Source: Haliscomenobacter sp. (lineage in GTDB: Bacteria > Bacteroidota > Bacteroidia > Chitinophagales > Saprospiraceae). Taken from it: DNA of 64,000 bases. The DNA is taken from the NCBI GenBank assembly GCA_016713275.1, contig JADJPL010000028.1, forward strand, positions 194,278-258,277, written 5' to 3'. Under the pieces are notes generated by a model, which saw nothing but the letters and a program-made list of their open reading frames with translations, did no database searches and had not been told where the DNA came from. The position numbers and the translations under genes are program-made. Position 1 is the first letter of the stretch. Each line of letters begins with the position of its first letter. Shown one piece after another: positions 10,124 to 18,812 of this stretch.

Positions 10124-12538
10124 ATGTCGTATAACGCGTCCCTCCAGGTATTTTTAAACAAAATCAAAGCTGCGTTCAGCCCGTTGAATGAGCGATGGAA
10201 GCGGTTTGCAGCCCGAAAACCCCGACTGGCGCGATGGGTCCGGCTTTCCGGTTTGGCGTTTTTGGGGATGGTTCTGGCGCTGTTCGTATTCCGGACGACG
10301 ATTGCGCTATCGGTTCCTTCGGTTCGGGAATTGCGGGAGATCCAAACCCAGGTTGCGACAGAGGTGTATTCTGCGGATTCGATCCTCCTGGGGCGGTATT
10401 TCAACCAGTACCGTACGGTGGTGCAGTATCAGGATATTCCTCCGCATGTCTTTCAGGCTCTGGTAGCTACCGAAGATTCCCGCTTTTATCAGCACCGGGG
10501 CGTCGATTACCGGGCTTGGGGCCGGGTGCTGTTCCGGACGATTATCAGTGGCGACCGGTCGGGAGGAGGAGGAGGCACGCTGAGCCAGCAGTTGGCCAAA
10601 AACCTGCTCCCGAGAAAGGAGTACCGGTTTTTGTCGCTGGTCATCAATAAAATGCGGGAAATCGTCATTGCCGGCCGGTTGGAACGGGCATACTCCAAGG
10701 AAGAAATCCTCACTCTATACCTCAACACCGTGCCTTTCCCCGAGAATGTTTTTGGCATTGATGTGGCTGCCCGCCGATTTTTCAACAAAGCCCCTTCCCT
10801 GCTTAACGTTGCAGAAGGCGCTACGCTGATCGGGGTGCTTCGCGCCACCACGTATTACAACCCGGTTCGTTTTCCTGAACGGGCGTTGACGCGCCGCAAC
10901 ATCGTGCTCCAGCAAATGGAAAAAGCGGGGTATTTGGATCCATCCCGGCTGGCTGCGCTGCAAACCCTTCCCCTGAATCTGAATTACAATCCGGTGGTCC
11001 GAAATGAAGGCATGGCGCCCTATTTCCGGGAGTTTGTGCGGCAGGAACTCGAACGCCTGATCAAGAACTACCGCAAACCCAACGGAGATCCCTACAATAT
11101 TTATACCGACGGGTTGAAAGTGTACACGACCCTCCACACGGGAATGCAGCGCCTGGCAGAGCAAGCCGTGGAAGAACATCTGTCGGACATGCAGGAAAAG
11201 TTCGACCGCCATTGGAAAGGGTTTACCCAGCCCTGGAGCGACGTGAATACCATCCGGCTGGGTGTCGTGAATTCCCAGCGCTACAAATCGCTGAAAGCGA
11301 GGGGTGCTGGTGAAGCCGAAATCGACCGAATCTTCAATCAGAAGGTGCGGATGAAGATCTTCTCCTACGAGGGCGTTAAAGAAGTGGAGATGACGCCCCT
11401 GGATTCGGTGCGCTACCACCTGGGGTTGCTTCAGGTCGGCTTTATGGCGATGGAGCCCAACACGGGCTATGTCCGGGCCTGGGTAGGCGGCATCAACTAT
11501 GACTTCTTCCAATTTGATCACGTGCGGGCCCGGCGCCAGTCGGGGTCGGTGTTTAAGCCCGTGGTCTATATGCAGGCGTTGCGCGACAGTATTCCTCCCT
11601 GCGATCAGATCCCTAACCGCCTCATCGTGTACCACGAATACGCGAAAGGCGACTGGGCGATCAAAGATTGGCGCCGCGATGATCCCGAGCCTCATTTCGA
11701 GCCCGATGGAACGGATAAAGACGACTGGATTCCTCAAAACGCCGACGGGATTTACGGGGGATCGTACTCGCTGGAAGGCGCGTTGACGAATTCCATCAAC
11801 ACGGTCACCGTCGCATTGATCATGCGCATGGGGGTAAAGAAAGTAGCGGAACTGGCAAAAGCGCTTGGGATTGAAAGCGAAGTGCCGGTGGAGCCGTCTA
11901 TTGCGCTGGGCACTGCGGAAGTTTCGCTTTACGAGATGATCCAGCCCTTTGCGGTGTTTGCCAGCGGGGGCGGACGCACAAGGCCGCTGGCTATCCGCCG
12001 GATTGAAAATCATAAGGGGGAAGTCATTGCCGAGTTCGATCAGGGAACCCGCCAACAGGCCGTAAGCCAGTCGGAAGCGCATACGATGACGCGCATGCTC
12101 CAATCGGTTGCGTCTTATGGCACGGCCAGCCGCTTGCGGTGGATGTACAACGTAGTGGATGTGCCGGTAGCCGGAAAGACTGGAACCTCCCAAAATCACG
12201 CCGATGGCTGGTTTATCGGGTATACGCCCAAGCTGCTGGCCGGCGCCTGGGTTGGGGGAGATTCCCCGCTGGTGCGTTTCCGCAACTTCGAATACGGGCA
12301 AGGCGCCGCTACCGCTCTCCCGGTATATGCCCGGTTTATGCGAAAGGTGCTGGATGACTCCACCATGATGCGTTGGCATGGCGGCGAGTTTCCTGTTTTG
12401 CCGCCAGAACAATTGCGCCGCCTGGCTTGCCCAGCCCGGATACCTTCCGCCGAAGAATTGCTCGCCGATTCGCTGGCCAAGGATAGTTTATTGCTTTTGG
12501 AGCCTTTGGCGCCGGTTATTGAGAATCAGGGGAACTGA
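10124..12538 (+). CDS. mrcA: Penicillin-binding protein 1A (bifunctional glycosyltransferase/transpeptidase)
   Basis: GT51 motif ATEDSRFYQHRGVD, transpeptidase SxxK (SGSVFKP), SxN (NSIN) and KTG (GKTGTS). N-terminal membrane anchor. Confidence 0.9.
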   Translation: MSYNASLQVFLNKIKAAFSPLNERWKRFAARKPRLARWVRLSGLAFLGMVLALFVFRTTIALSVPSVRELREIQTQVATEVYSADSILLGRYFNQYRTVVQYQDIPPHVFQALVATEDSRFYQHRGVDYRAWGRVLFRTIISGDRSGGGGGTLSQQLAKNLLPRKEYRFLSLVINKMREIVIAGRLERAYSKEEILTLYLNTVPFPENVFGIDVAARRFFNKAPSLLNVAEGATLIGVLRATTYYNPVRFPERALTRRNIVLQQMEKAGYLDPSRLAALQTLPLNLNYNPVVRNEGMAPYFREFVRQELERLIKNYRKPNGDPYNIYTDGLKVYTTLHTGMQRLAEQAVEEHLSDMQEKFDRHWKGFTQPWSDVNTIRLGVVNSQRYKSLKARGAGEAEIDRIFNQKVRMKIFSYEGVKEVEMTPLDSVRYHLGLLQVGFMAMEPNTGYVRAWVGGINYDFFQFDHVRARRQSGSVFKPVVYMQALRDSIPPCDQIPNRLIVYHEYAKGDWAIKDWRRDDPEPHFEPDGTDKDDWIPQNADGIYGGSYSLEGALTNSINTVTVALIMRMGVKKVAELAKALGIESEVPVEPSIALGTAEVSLYEMIQPFAVFASGGGRTRPLAIRRIENHKGEVIAEFDQGTRQQAVSQSEAHTMTRMLQSVASYGTASRLRWMYNVVDVPVAGKTGTSQNHADGWFIGYTPKLLAGAWVGGDSPLVRFRNFEYGQGAATALPVYARFMRKVLDDSTMMRWHGGEFPVLPPEQLRRLACPARIPSAEELLADSLAKDSLLLLEPLAPVIENQGN

Positions 12539-12604
12539 TTTAGCCCTTGTTTTGATTTTTTTGTAATTTACACCCATAGTGATCTGGAATAATCGCATTT
12601 TATA

Positions 12605-12688
12605 GGGATCAGGGAGCAGAGGGGTTAGGGAGCAGGGAGCAAGAAGCGCCTGCTCCCTAATCCCTGCTCCCTAACCCCTACTCCCTAA
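12605..12688. repeat. Imperfect hairpin built from AGGGAGC-type word repeats (G-run rich)
   Basis: Left arm GGGATCAGGGAGCAGAGGGGTTAGGGAGCAGGGAGCA and right arm TGCTCCCTAATCCCTGCTCCCTAACCCCTACTCCCTAA. Lies between the mrcA stop and the 2Fe-2S subunit start. Confidence 0.8.
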
Positions 12689-12702
12689 TTCATCTAACGC
12701 AT

Positions 12703-13167
12703 ATGGCACGACTTACCTTAAAAGTAAACGGCAAACGCCGGATTGTGGACGTCAGTGAGGACACGCCCTTACTATGGGTTTTGCGGGAGCACCTCGACCT
12801 CACCGGAACCAAATATGCTTGCGGGATTGGCCAGTGCGGCGCCTGCACCGTCCACATTAATGGCGAACCTATGCGCTCCTGCGCGCTGCCGGTTTCCGTG
12901 GTGGAAGGCGCGAATATCGTCACGATCGAAGGCCTTTCACGGGAGGGGGACCATCCCGTACAGGAAGCGTGGAAGGAGACCGACGTTCCACAGTGCGGGT
13001 TTTGCCAGGCTGGCCAGATCATGACCGCCGCTTCGTTGCTCCGGAAAAACCCCAATCCTACCGATGCCGACATCGACACGGCTATGGCCGGAAATATCTG
13101 CCGTTGCGGAACCTACAACCGCATTCGCGAAGCCATTCATTTAGCCGCTAAAAAATCCAGATCCTGA
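12703..13167 (+). CDS. (2Fe-2S)-binding small subunit of a molybdenum hydroxylase (isoquinoline 1-oxidoreductase/aldehyde oxidoreductase alpha-like)
   Basis: Two cysteine clusters, [11 protein letters not shown] and CRCGTY. 154 aa. The stop overlaps the next start (TGATG). Confidence 0.85.
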   Translation: MARLTLKVNGKRRIVDVSEDTPLLWVLREHLDLTGTKYACGIGQCGACTVHINGEPMRSCALPVSVVEGANIVTIEGLSREGDHPVQEAWKETDVPQCGFCQAGQIMTAASLLRKNPNPTDADIDTAMAGNICRCGTYNRIREAIHLAAKKSRS

Positions 13168-15305
13168 TGGAACATCAACTTGCATCTTTCGATCGCCGTT
13201 CCTTCCTGAAGGTATCCGCTCTCGCCGGAGGCGGCATGCTCATTGGCATTCAGTGGATGGCAGGGCACGCCCGAGCGTTCGACCCTGCATTTCTGGAAGG
13301 CGCCGCGTTTAATGCCTATATAAAAATAACGCCCGACGGCAAGATTACCATCCAGTCGCCAAACCCGGAAATCGGGCAGGGGGTAAAGACTTCCATGCCG
13401 ATGATCGTAGCGGAAGAGCTCGATGCCGACTGGGCCCACGTCGTGGTCGAGCAGGCGCCGCTGGATACGGAAGCCTATACCCGGCAGGTAGCCGGAGGAA
13501 GCGGTTCCATCCGCGCCTCCTGGAAACCGCTTCGCACCGCAGGCGCAGCTGCCCGTATGATGCTTATTGCCGCTGCCGCCGAAAAATGGCAGGTAGCTCC
13601 GGAGACGTGCGTCACGGGCGCCTCGATGGTGAAGCATCCGGCTACGAACCGGCAGGCCACTTACGGGGAGCTGGCTTCGCTGGCCGCAACCAAAACCCCG
13701 CCTGCCGACCCCCCATTAAAGAAACCTTCGGAGTTTCGGCTTCTGGGCAAACGCATTGCCAACGTCGACAACCACGCGATCGTTACGGGGGAGAACCTGT
13801 TCGGTCAGGACCTCAAACGCGAAGGCATGGCCGTCGCCGTCGTCGCCCGCCCACCGGCTTTCGGACTGAAGCTGGTATCCGTTGACGATTCCAAGACCAA
13901 ATCCATGCCGGGGGTCCAACAAGTCGTCCGCTTTGGAAACAAAGTGGCCGTGCTGGCCAATACCACCTGGGAGGCCAAGAAAGGGCGCGATGCCCTCCAG
14001 TTGCAATGGGCGCCGGAAGGCGAATTGGAAAGCACCGACCAGCACGATAGCGCCTTGCGCGCCCTTCTGGATAAGGCTGCAGAAACGCCCCGTCGCAAAG
14101 ATGGCAACACGGAACCGGCCTTTGCGCAGGCATCCAAGACGGTGGAAGCGGTTTACGAATGCCCGTTTTTACCGCACAATGCCATGGAGCCGCTCAACTT
14201 CTTTGCCGATGTGCGCCCAGATGGCGTCCTGATGGTCGGGCCGACGCAGACCCCCGAATCCGCCCGGACCCAGATCGCCAAGCTGCTCCAAATCGATCAG
14301 AAAAAGATCCGGGTAGAAATGACCAGACAAGGCGGAGGTTTTGGCCGCCGTCTGAACACGGATTACGCGGTGGAAGCCGCCGAAATATCCCATTTGGCCA
14401 AAAAGCCGGTGAAAGTGGTGTGGCTTCGCGAAGACGACATGGGTGGGGGCATTTATCGCCCGGCTTGTAAATACCGTTTCCGTGCAGCTTTGGATGCCCA
14501 GGGGAACCTGACGGCCTACCACCTGCGCGGGTCAGGCATCAATGTGGGCAACCCAACCCGGGAAAACAACTTCCCTGCCGGGGCACTGCCAAACCTGCTT
14601 GTGGAAGGGCATAACCTCGAATCGAAAGTGACGACGGGCCCCTGGCGCGCGCCAGTGCACAACTTCCTGGGGTTTGCCGAACAAAGCTTTTTGGACGAGG
14701 TAGCTCTGGCTGCTGGAAAGGACCCGGTAGCCTTCCGGCTCGGCCTGCTCGATCAGGCGAAACAGCAGCCGGTGGGCCGCCAGGAATACCAGGCCGACCG
14801 CCTAATGGGGGTGATCCGGCTGGCAGCGGAAAAAGCGAATTGGGGCCAGGCGCCGTCAGGCGTATTTCAGGGCTTTAGCGCTTATTTTTCATTCAGTACG
14901 TACGTAGCACAGGTGGTGGAGGTTGTAGTGACCAATAACAAACCCAAGATCCAGCGCGTGGTTTGCGCGGTCGATTGTGGGATACTGATCAACCGTAGCG
15001 GCGCTGAAAACCAGGTTGCTGGAGCGATTATCGACGGCCTGGGGCACGCGATGTTCAGCCAGCTTACCATTAAAGACGGGGCGCCCGAGCAGACCAACTT
15101 CGACCGGTACCGGATGATCCGGATGGCCGAAGCGCCTCCCGTAGAGGTTCACTTTGTGGAGAGCGAAGAGGCGCCGACAGGGCTAGGGGAGCCTGCCCTG
15201 CCTCCTTTGGCCGCCGCTTTTGCCAACGCCGTCTATCGGGCTACGGGCAAGCGCTTGCGCAATCAGCCTTTTGTTCAGCCGGGCGAACCTGGATTGTTGG
15301 GGTAA
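13167..15305 (+). CDS. Molybdopterin-binding large subunit of the same oxidoreductase (IorB-like), Tat-exported
   Basis: Twin-arginine signal DRRSFLKVSALAGGG. 712 aa, with an aldehyde oxidase/xanthine dehydrogenase-like C-terminal region. Translationally coupled to the 2Fe-2S subunit. Confidence 0.85.
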   Translation: MEHQLASFDRRSFLKVSALAGGGMLIGIQWMAGHARAFDPAFLEGAAFNAYIKITPDGKITIQSPNPEIGQGVKTSMPMIVAEELDADWAHVVVEQAPLDTEAYTRQVAGGSGSIRASWKPLRTAGAAARMMLIAAAAEKWQVAPETCVTGASMVKHPATNRQATYGELASLAATKTPPADPPLKKPSEFRLLGKRIANVDNHAIVTGENLFGQDLKREGMAVAVVARPPAFGLKLVSVDDSKTKSMPGVQQVVRFGNKVAVLANTTWEAKKGRDALQLQWAPEGELESTDQHDSALRALLDKAAETPRRKDGNTEPAFAQASKTVEAVYECPFLPHNAMEPLNFFADVRPDGVLMVGPTQTPESARTQIAKLLQIDQKKIRVEMTRQGGGFGRRLNTDYAVEAAEISHLAKKPVKVVWLREDDMGGGIYRPACKYRFRAALDAQGNLTAYHLRGSGINVGNPTRENNFPAGALPNLLVEGHNLESKVTTGPWRAPVHNFLGFAEQSFLDEVALAAGKDPVAFRLGLLDQAKQQPVGRQEYQADRLMGVIRLAAEKANWGQAPSGVFQGFSAYFSFSTYVAQVVEVVVTNNKPKIQRVVCAVDCGILINRSGAENQVAGAIIDGLGHAMFSQLTIKDGAPEQTNFDRYRMIRMAEAPPVEVHFVESEEAPTGLGEPALPPLAAAFANAVYRATGKRLRNQPFVQPGEPGLLG

Positions 15306-16222
15306 AAAAACCTAAATCCAGTTCTTTTGCGAAACCATGCAAAAATGCCCAGGGTAATAAGCGCCATACCCACAAGCGCGAGGGGGTAGCCCAGCCGCAT
15401 CCGGAGCTCCGGCATGTAGTCGAAGTTCATTCCGTAGATCCCGACGATGAACGTCAGGGGCAGAAAAAATACGGAAAAAATGGTCAGAATGCGGACGATC
15501 TCGTTGGTTCGGTGCGCGGCAATAGACAGGTAGGTGTTCAGTAGATTGGTTGCGTTGTCGTGGACCTGATCGGTTTCAAATTCCAGCTTCTGCAGCGAGT
15601 CCAGCACGTCGTTCATCAGGTGCTGATCCCGTTCGCTGGGTTGGTGTTTTCTGGCCACCTGAGCAGTCAGATAAAGCAGTTTGCGCATTTTCGACGCCCG
15701 GCGCTTCATGTAATACAGGTCTTCCTGCACCCGCATGGGTTTTTTTTGCCGGATGAAAATATCGTCTTCCAACTCTTCAAGTTCATTGGACATAGCGGTT
15801 AGCGGTACTTCAAACGATTCGGCTATTTTGAACAAAATGCGGGTAATAATCTCACCGGAGCTGATCTTCGGAGTAGCGGAAAAAGCCTGCTGGTACAAAA
15901 CCTCGAGAAAAGGTTGGGGACGCCGGTGTACCGTGATCAAATAATCCGAATTAAAGAATATGGCCACTTTCGTGCTGATTTCCCGAATCGTGTCGTCTTC
16001 TTCTTTCAGAGGCCAGAGATGTTGCCGAAGGAGGATAAAGTCTGCATGTACTCCTGCTTCTAGTTTCGGTAAGTGGTCGGGCTCCATACAGTCCTTTACT
16101 ACGTGATGGTTGAGCCCGAATTGCTGGGCCAGCATAGTCAGCTCTTCTGCCGTTGGCTGCTCGATGTCGATCCAGGTAAACCGGGACCCTTCCGGGGATT
16201 TGGTGCAGATGGTTTTTCTCAT
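15275..16222 (-). CDS. corA: Magnesium/cobalt transporter CorA
   Basis: YGMNF signature (GIYGMNFDYMPE) followed by two C-terminal TM helices. 315 aa. The 3' end overlaps the convergent oxidoreductase gene by 31 nt. Confidence 0.85.
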   Translation of the reverse strand: MRKTICTKSPEGSRFTWIDIEQPTAEELTMLAQQFGLNHHVVKDCMEPDHLPKLEAGVHADFILLRQHLWPLKEEDDTIREISTKVAIFFNSDYLITVHRRPQPFLEVLYQQAFSATPKISSGEIITRILFKIAESFEVPLTAMSNELEELEDDIFIRQKKPMRVQEDLYYMKRRASKMRKLLYLTAQVARKHQPSERDQHLMNDVLDSLQKLEFETDQVHDNATNLLNTYLSIAAHRTNEIVRILTIFSVFFLPLTFIVGIYGMNFDYMPELRMRLGYPLALVGMALITLGIFAWFRKRTGFRFFYPNNPGSPG

Positions 16223-16515
16223 GCGATTTACGATGTACGATGTACGGGGTACGATATACGGTTTACGGTTTACGGTTTACGATGTACGGGGTACGGGGTA
16301 CGGGGTACGATGTGCGGGGTACGGTTTTCGGTTTACGAAGATAAAGCCAATTACCAACTTAAGCGATTCACACGAGCCCAGTTGTGGGAGACTTCGCTAC
16401 CTCGCTACTTCGTTTCCTCGTACTTCGTACTTCGTAAACCGTACATCGTACCCCGTAAACCGTACCCCGTAAACCGTACCCCGTAAACCGTAAACCGTAA
16501 ACCGTACATCGTACT
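16223..16515. repeat. ~290 bp imperfect palindrome made of GTACGGG / GTTTACG / GATGTACG word repeats
   Basis: Left arm 16223-16340 and right arm 16392-16515 are approximate reverse complements with the same word order. A ~50 bp unique centre separates them. The structure fills the whole recO-stop to corA-start spacer. Confidence 0.85.
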
Positions 16516-17238
16516 TCAAAAGATTTCATGCAAAATAGTATGGGATTGAATATCCGGCAAATGGTCCATGTGGAGGCGGTAATATTCCAGTATCTGGTTG
16601 AGCAGGTGCTGGCGCTGACTTCGGGTCAGGGGAATGGTTTGGGCTAGGGGGCAGTCCTGTTCCAACAACCGGTATAGCAGGCTGCTGGGTTCTTCCTCCA
16701 GTATCCAGGGATCGGAGGGCTGTCTGGAGCAAAAGGCGCCTTCTTTCAGGTTGAAACATGGGCTTTCGGGCAAAAAGTCGCCTCCGGGGAGGAAGCCAAG
16801 GTATCCGCTGAGGCGAACCAGGAACCAAAGATGCACGTTGTAGAATCGTTCCTGGGTTTGATCCAGAAATAATAAGGTATCCATCAGAAAGGCAAAGAGC
16901 TCGGGGTTGGGTTCTATTTCCCGGATGGTTTTTCGAACGACTTCTGCCATGAACAGGACGATCGCGCCTTTGCGCACGTCAAAAGGGATGGATTGGTAGG
17001 CGTACGTCAACCGGGCCTCCCGGATCCGGTTCAGGGATTTGTCTTCGCGGGCGTACGCTACGATTTCCAGAAGGGACATGGGCTGGAACAAGCCGGCTTT
17101 CAGTTTGGCTTTTTCCGACCGGATGCCGTTGATGTAATACGATTGCAACCCTCGCGCTTCGGTGTAGATATCCGCGATGATGCTGGACTCGGAATATTTA
17201 ATGGTCCGAAAGACAATTCCCCGGGTGGCGATCAGCAT
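16516..17238 (-). CDS. recO: DNA repair protein RecO
   Basis: N-terminus MLIATRGIVFRTIKYSESSIIADIYTEARGLQSY is typical of the RecO OB-fold. About 240 aa. Start taken at the internal Met (17238). Confidence 0.85.
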   Translation of the reverse strand: MLIATRGIVFRTIKYSESSIIADIYTEARGLQSYYINGIRSEKAKLKAGLFQPMSLLEIVAYAREDKSLNRIREARLTYAYQSIPFDVRKGAIVLFMAEVVRKTIREIEPNPELFAFLMDTLLFLDQTQERFYNVHLWFLVRLSGYLGFLPGGDFLPESPCFNLKEGAFCSRQPSDPWILEEEPSSLLYRLLEQDCPLAQTIPLTRSQRQHLLNQILEYYRLHMDHLPDIQSHTILHEIF

Positions 17239-17470
17239 AAGGCATTTGAAGTTCATCGGAATTTAACAAAAAGTAACCTTAATTAACCGGAATGCAGGCA
17301 TGTTTTATGCAACCTTCTACATAAATCGTTGTCTTTAAAGTGTATTATTCTGATTGGAAGATGATTTTAGCGTTAATTCAGAAAAATATTTGGCATCCTT
17401 TGTAACATTTTTCCCCTAAGACCAGTTTTAAGGATGTACCCGACAATCACCCGAACAAAATTTTTGAAGG

Positions 17471-18310
17471 ATGAAAACCTTAGCCACCATTTCCCTAACA
17501 CTGTTCCTTTACCTGAGCATGTGGGCTTCCGGCCAACCTGCTCCGCCTGCATCTTCCGGCTGCCGGCTTACCTTTAGCGCCCCTTCTTCGGCTTTGACGG
17601 CCGTCGAACAAGTACGGCTGGATCTCGTCAGCGGGACCTGGCAGTGTGAAAATGTTTCCGTCTATGCTGCGCGTGTGCACGTCCTGCAATTTGGCGAAAA
17701 CGGCTATGCATACTGGCTGACCGGAGAGGGAGGAGCTCCCGGCGAATGCCTGCGCTATTCCTGGACGCTGGTCGAGGAGAAAGGCAAGGTATACTTGTAT
17801 TTGCGTAACAACCAAACAGAGCGCGCCTTCTCCCTGGAAAGTACTTGTGAAGGACTAAACCTGCAGGAGCAAGGCACGGCAACCGTGCTTGCCTTTAGGT
17901 TCCAACAAGCTATTTCCACCGATTCGCTTGCGCGCATTGTCAAACAACTGACAGGAAAATGGGAGCACAGCCCCACAGCGCCGGATATCTTTGTCGAAGA
18001 AGGCCTCTGCGCTACCCGGGAACAAGCCATCAGCGCGGTGTTCCGGTATTCTTTCCGGCCTGACGGCACGTTTAGCAAAGGCCTGCATAGCGACGAACTG
18101 GGTATTGATCTGATCGACGAAGGCCGGTGGAGGCTTTCCGGCGATGGGAAATACCTGCTTTTGGAGCGGTTTGAGGCCGATGCCCCCTACGTGGAAACGA
18201 TTCAGATCAAATATCTGAATCTCGACGAACTCGTGCTGTGCCAAATCCCCGCATTCAATCGCGCGGTAGCTTCCAGAGCCTCCAGGGATTTGTTTTTCAA
18301 CAAGATTTAA
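17471..18310 (+). CDS. Hypothetical secreted protein
   Basis: 279 aa ORF with an N-terminal signal peptide (MKTLATISLTLFLYLSMWASG). No recognised motif. Confidence 0.5.
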   Translation: MKTLATISLTLFLYLSMWASGQPAPPASSGCRLTFSAPSSALTAVEQVRLDLVSGTWQCENVSVYAARVHVLQFGENGYAYWLTGEGGAPGECLRYSWTLVEEKGKVYLYLRNNQTERAFSLESTCEGLNLQEQGTATVLAFRFQQAISTDSLARIVKQLTGKWEHSPTAPDIFVEEGLCATREQAISAVFRYSFRPDGTFSKGLHSDELGIDLIDEGRWRLSGDGKYLLLERFEADAPYVETIQIKYLNLDELVLCQIPAFNRAVASRASRDLFFNKI

Positions 18311-18322
18311 ACGCCTTTTTCT

Positions 18323-18664
18323 TTATTCTGGGCCATCGTCTTCCCATCCTTCTTCCAGGATGGGAGGGCGATAATGCAGTTTGGTCCATGCCCGTTGCTT
18401 CTGGCGTTCCAAAACCAGGCGGGCAATAGCCTCTTCCGGAGGGTCCGGCGAAAGAGGAGAAAGCGCCCAATCGACCTTCCGTTCGTCGATATCGAGCCGG
18501 TACATCAGGCTCAAAAGAAACTCCATTCGGTTTTCGATTAAAAAGGCGACCTGGTCCGAGAACATGCGGAACAATTGTTCCTCAGTGATTTCCCCAGGCG
18601 CGCCTTCAATGGCGAAATCCTGAGCAAGTAATTCGGTGGTGACGGCTAGTTGTTCCTGCTCCAT
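18323..18664 (-). CDS. Hypothetical acidic protein
   Basis: ORF with its first ATG at 18664 (MEQEQLAV...). The longer ORF to 18751 begins at a TTG. No motif recognised. Confidence 0.4.
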   Translation of the reverse strand: MEQEQLAVTTELLAQDFAIEGAPGEITEEQLFRMFSDQVAFLIENRMEFLLSLMYRLDIDERKVDWALSPLSPDPPEEAIARLVLERQKQRAWTKLHYRPPILEEGWEDDGPE

Positions 18665-18812
18665 AAGCGGCGGGCAAAAAGTAGTTGCTTTGCCGGACAA
18701 AAGAACGGGATTTTCTTGTGCTTGTCCAATTATTTCCAGGAGTAAAAACAAAACAGCGCGCCGTGCCCTAAGCCGGCGGCTGCTTTTTGTTTTTTAATAT
18801 TCCGTTTCGAAA

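Noticed and set aside
12621-12641. Telomere-like GGGGTTAGGG sequence.
   Set aside because: It is a single occurrence embedded in an AGGGAGC word block inside a circular-type bacterial gene context. It is just one variant word.
16073-16486. ORFs translating word repeats (e.g. ..YDVRCTGYDIRFTVYGLRCTGYGVRG..).
   Set aside because: The periodic low-complexity peptides come directly from 7-8 nt DNA repeats and are open in several frames. The same holds for 37240-37803, 56979-57161, 57848-58204, 58249-58455, 58506-58757, 58827-59195, 58943-59803 and the N-terminal 90 residues of ORF 57141-58133.
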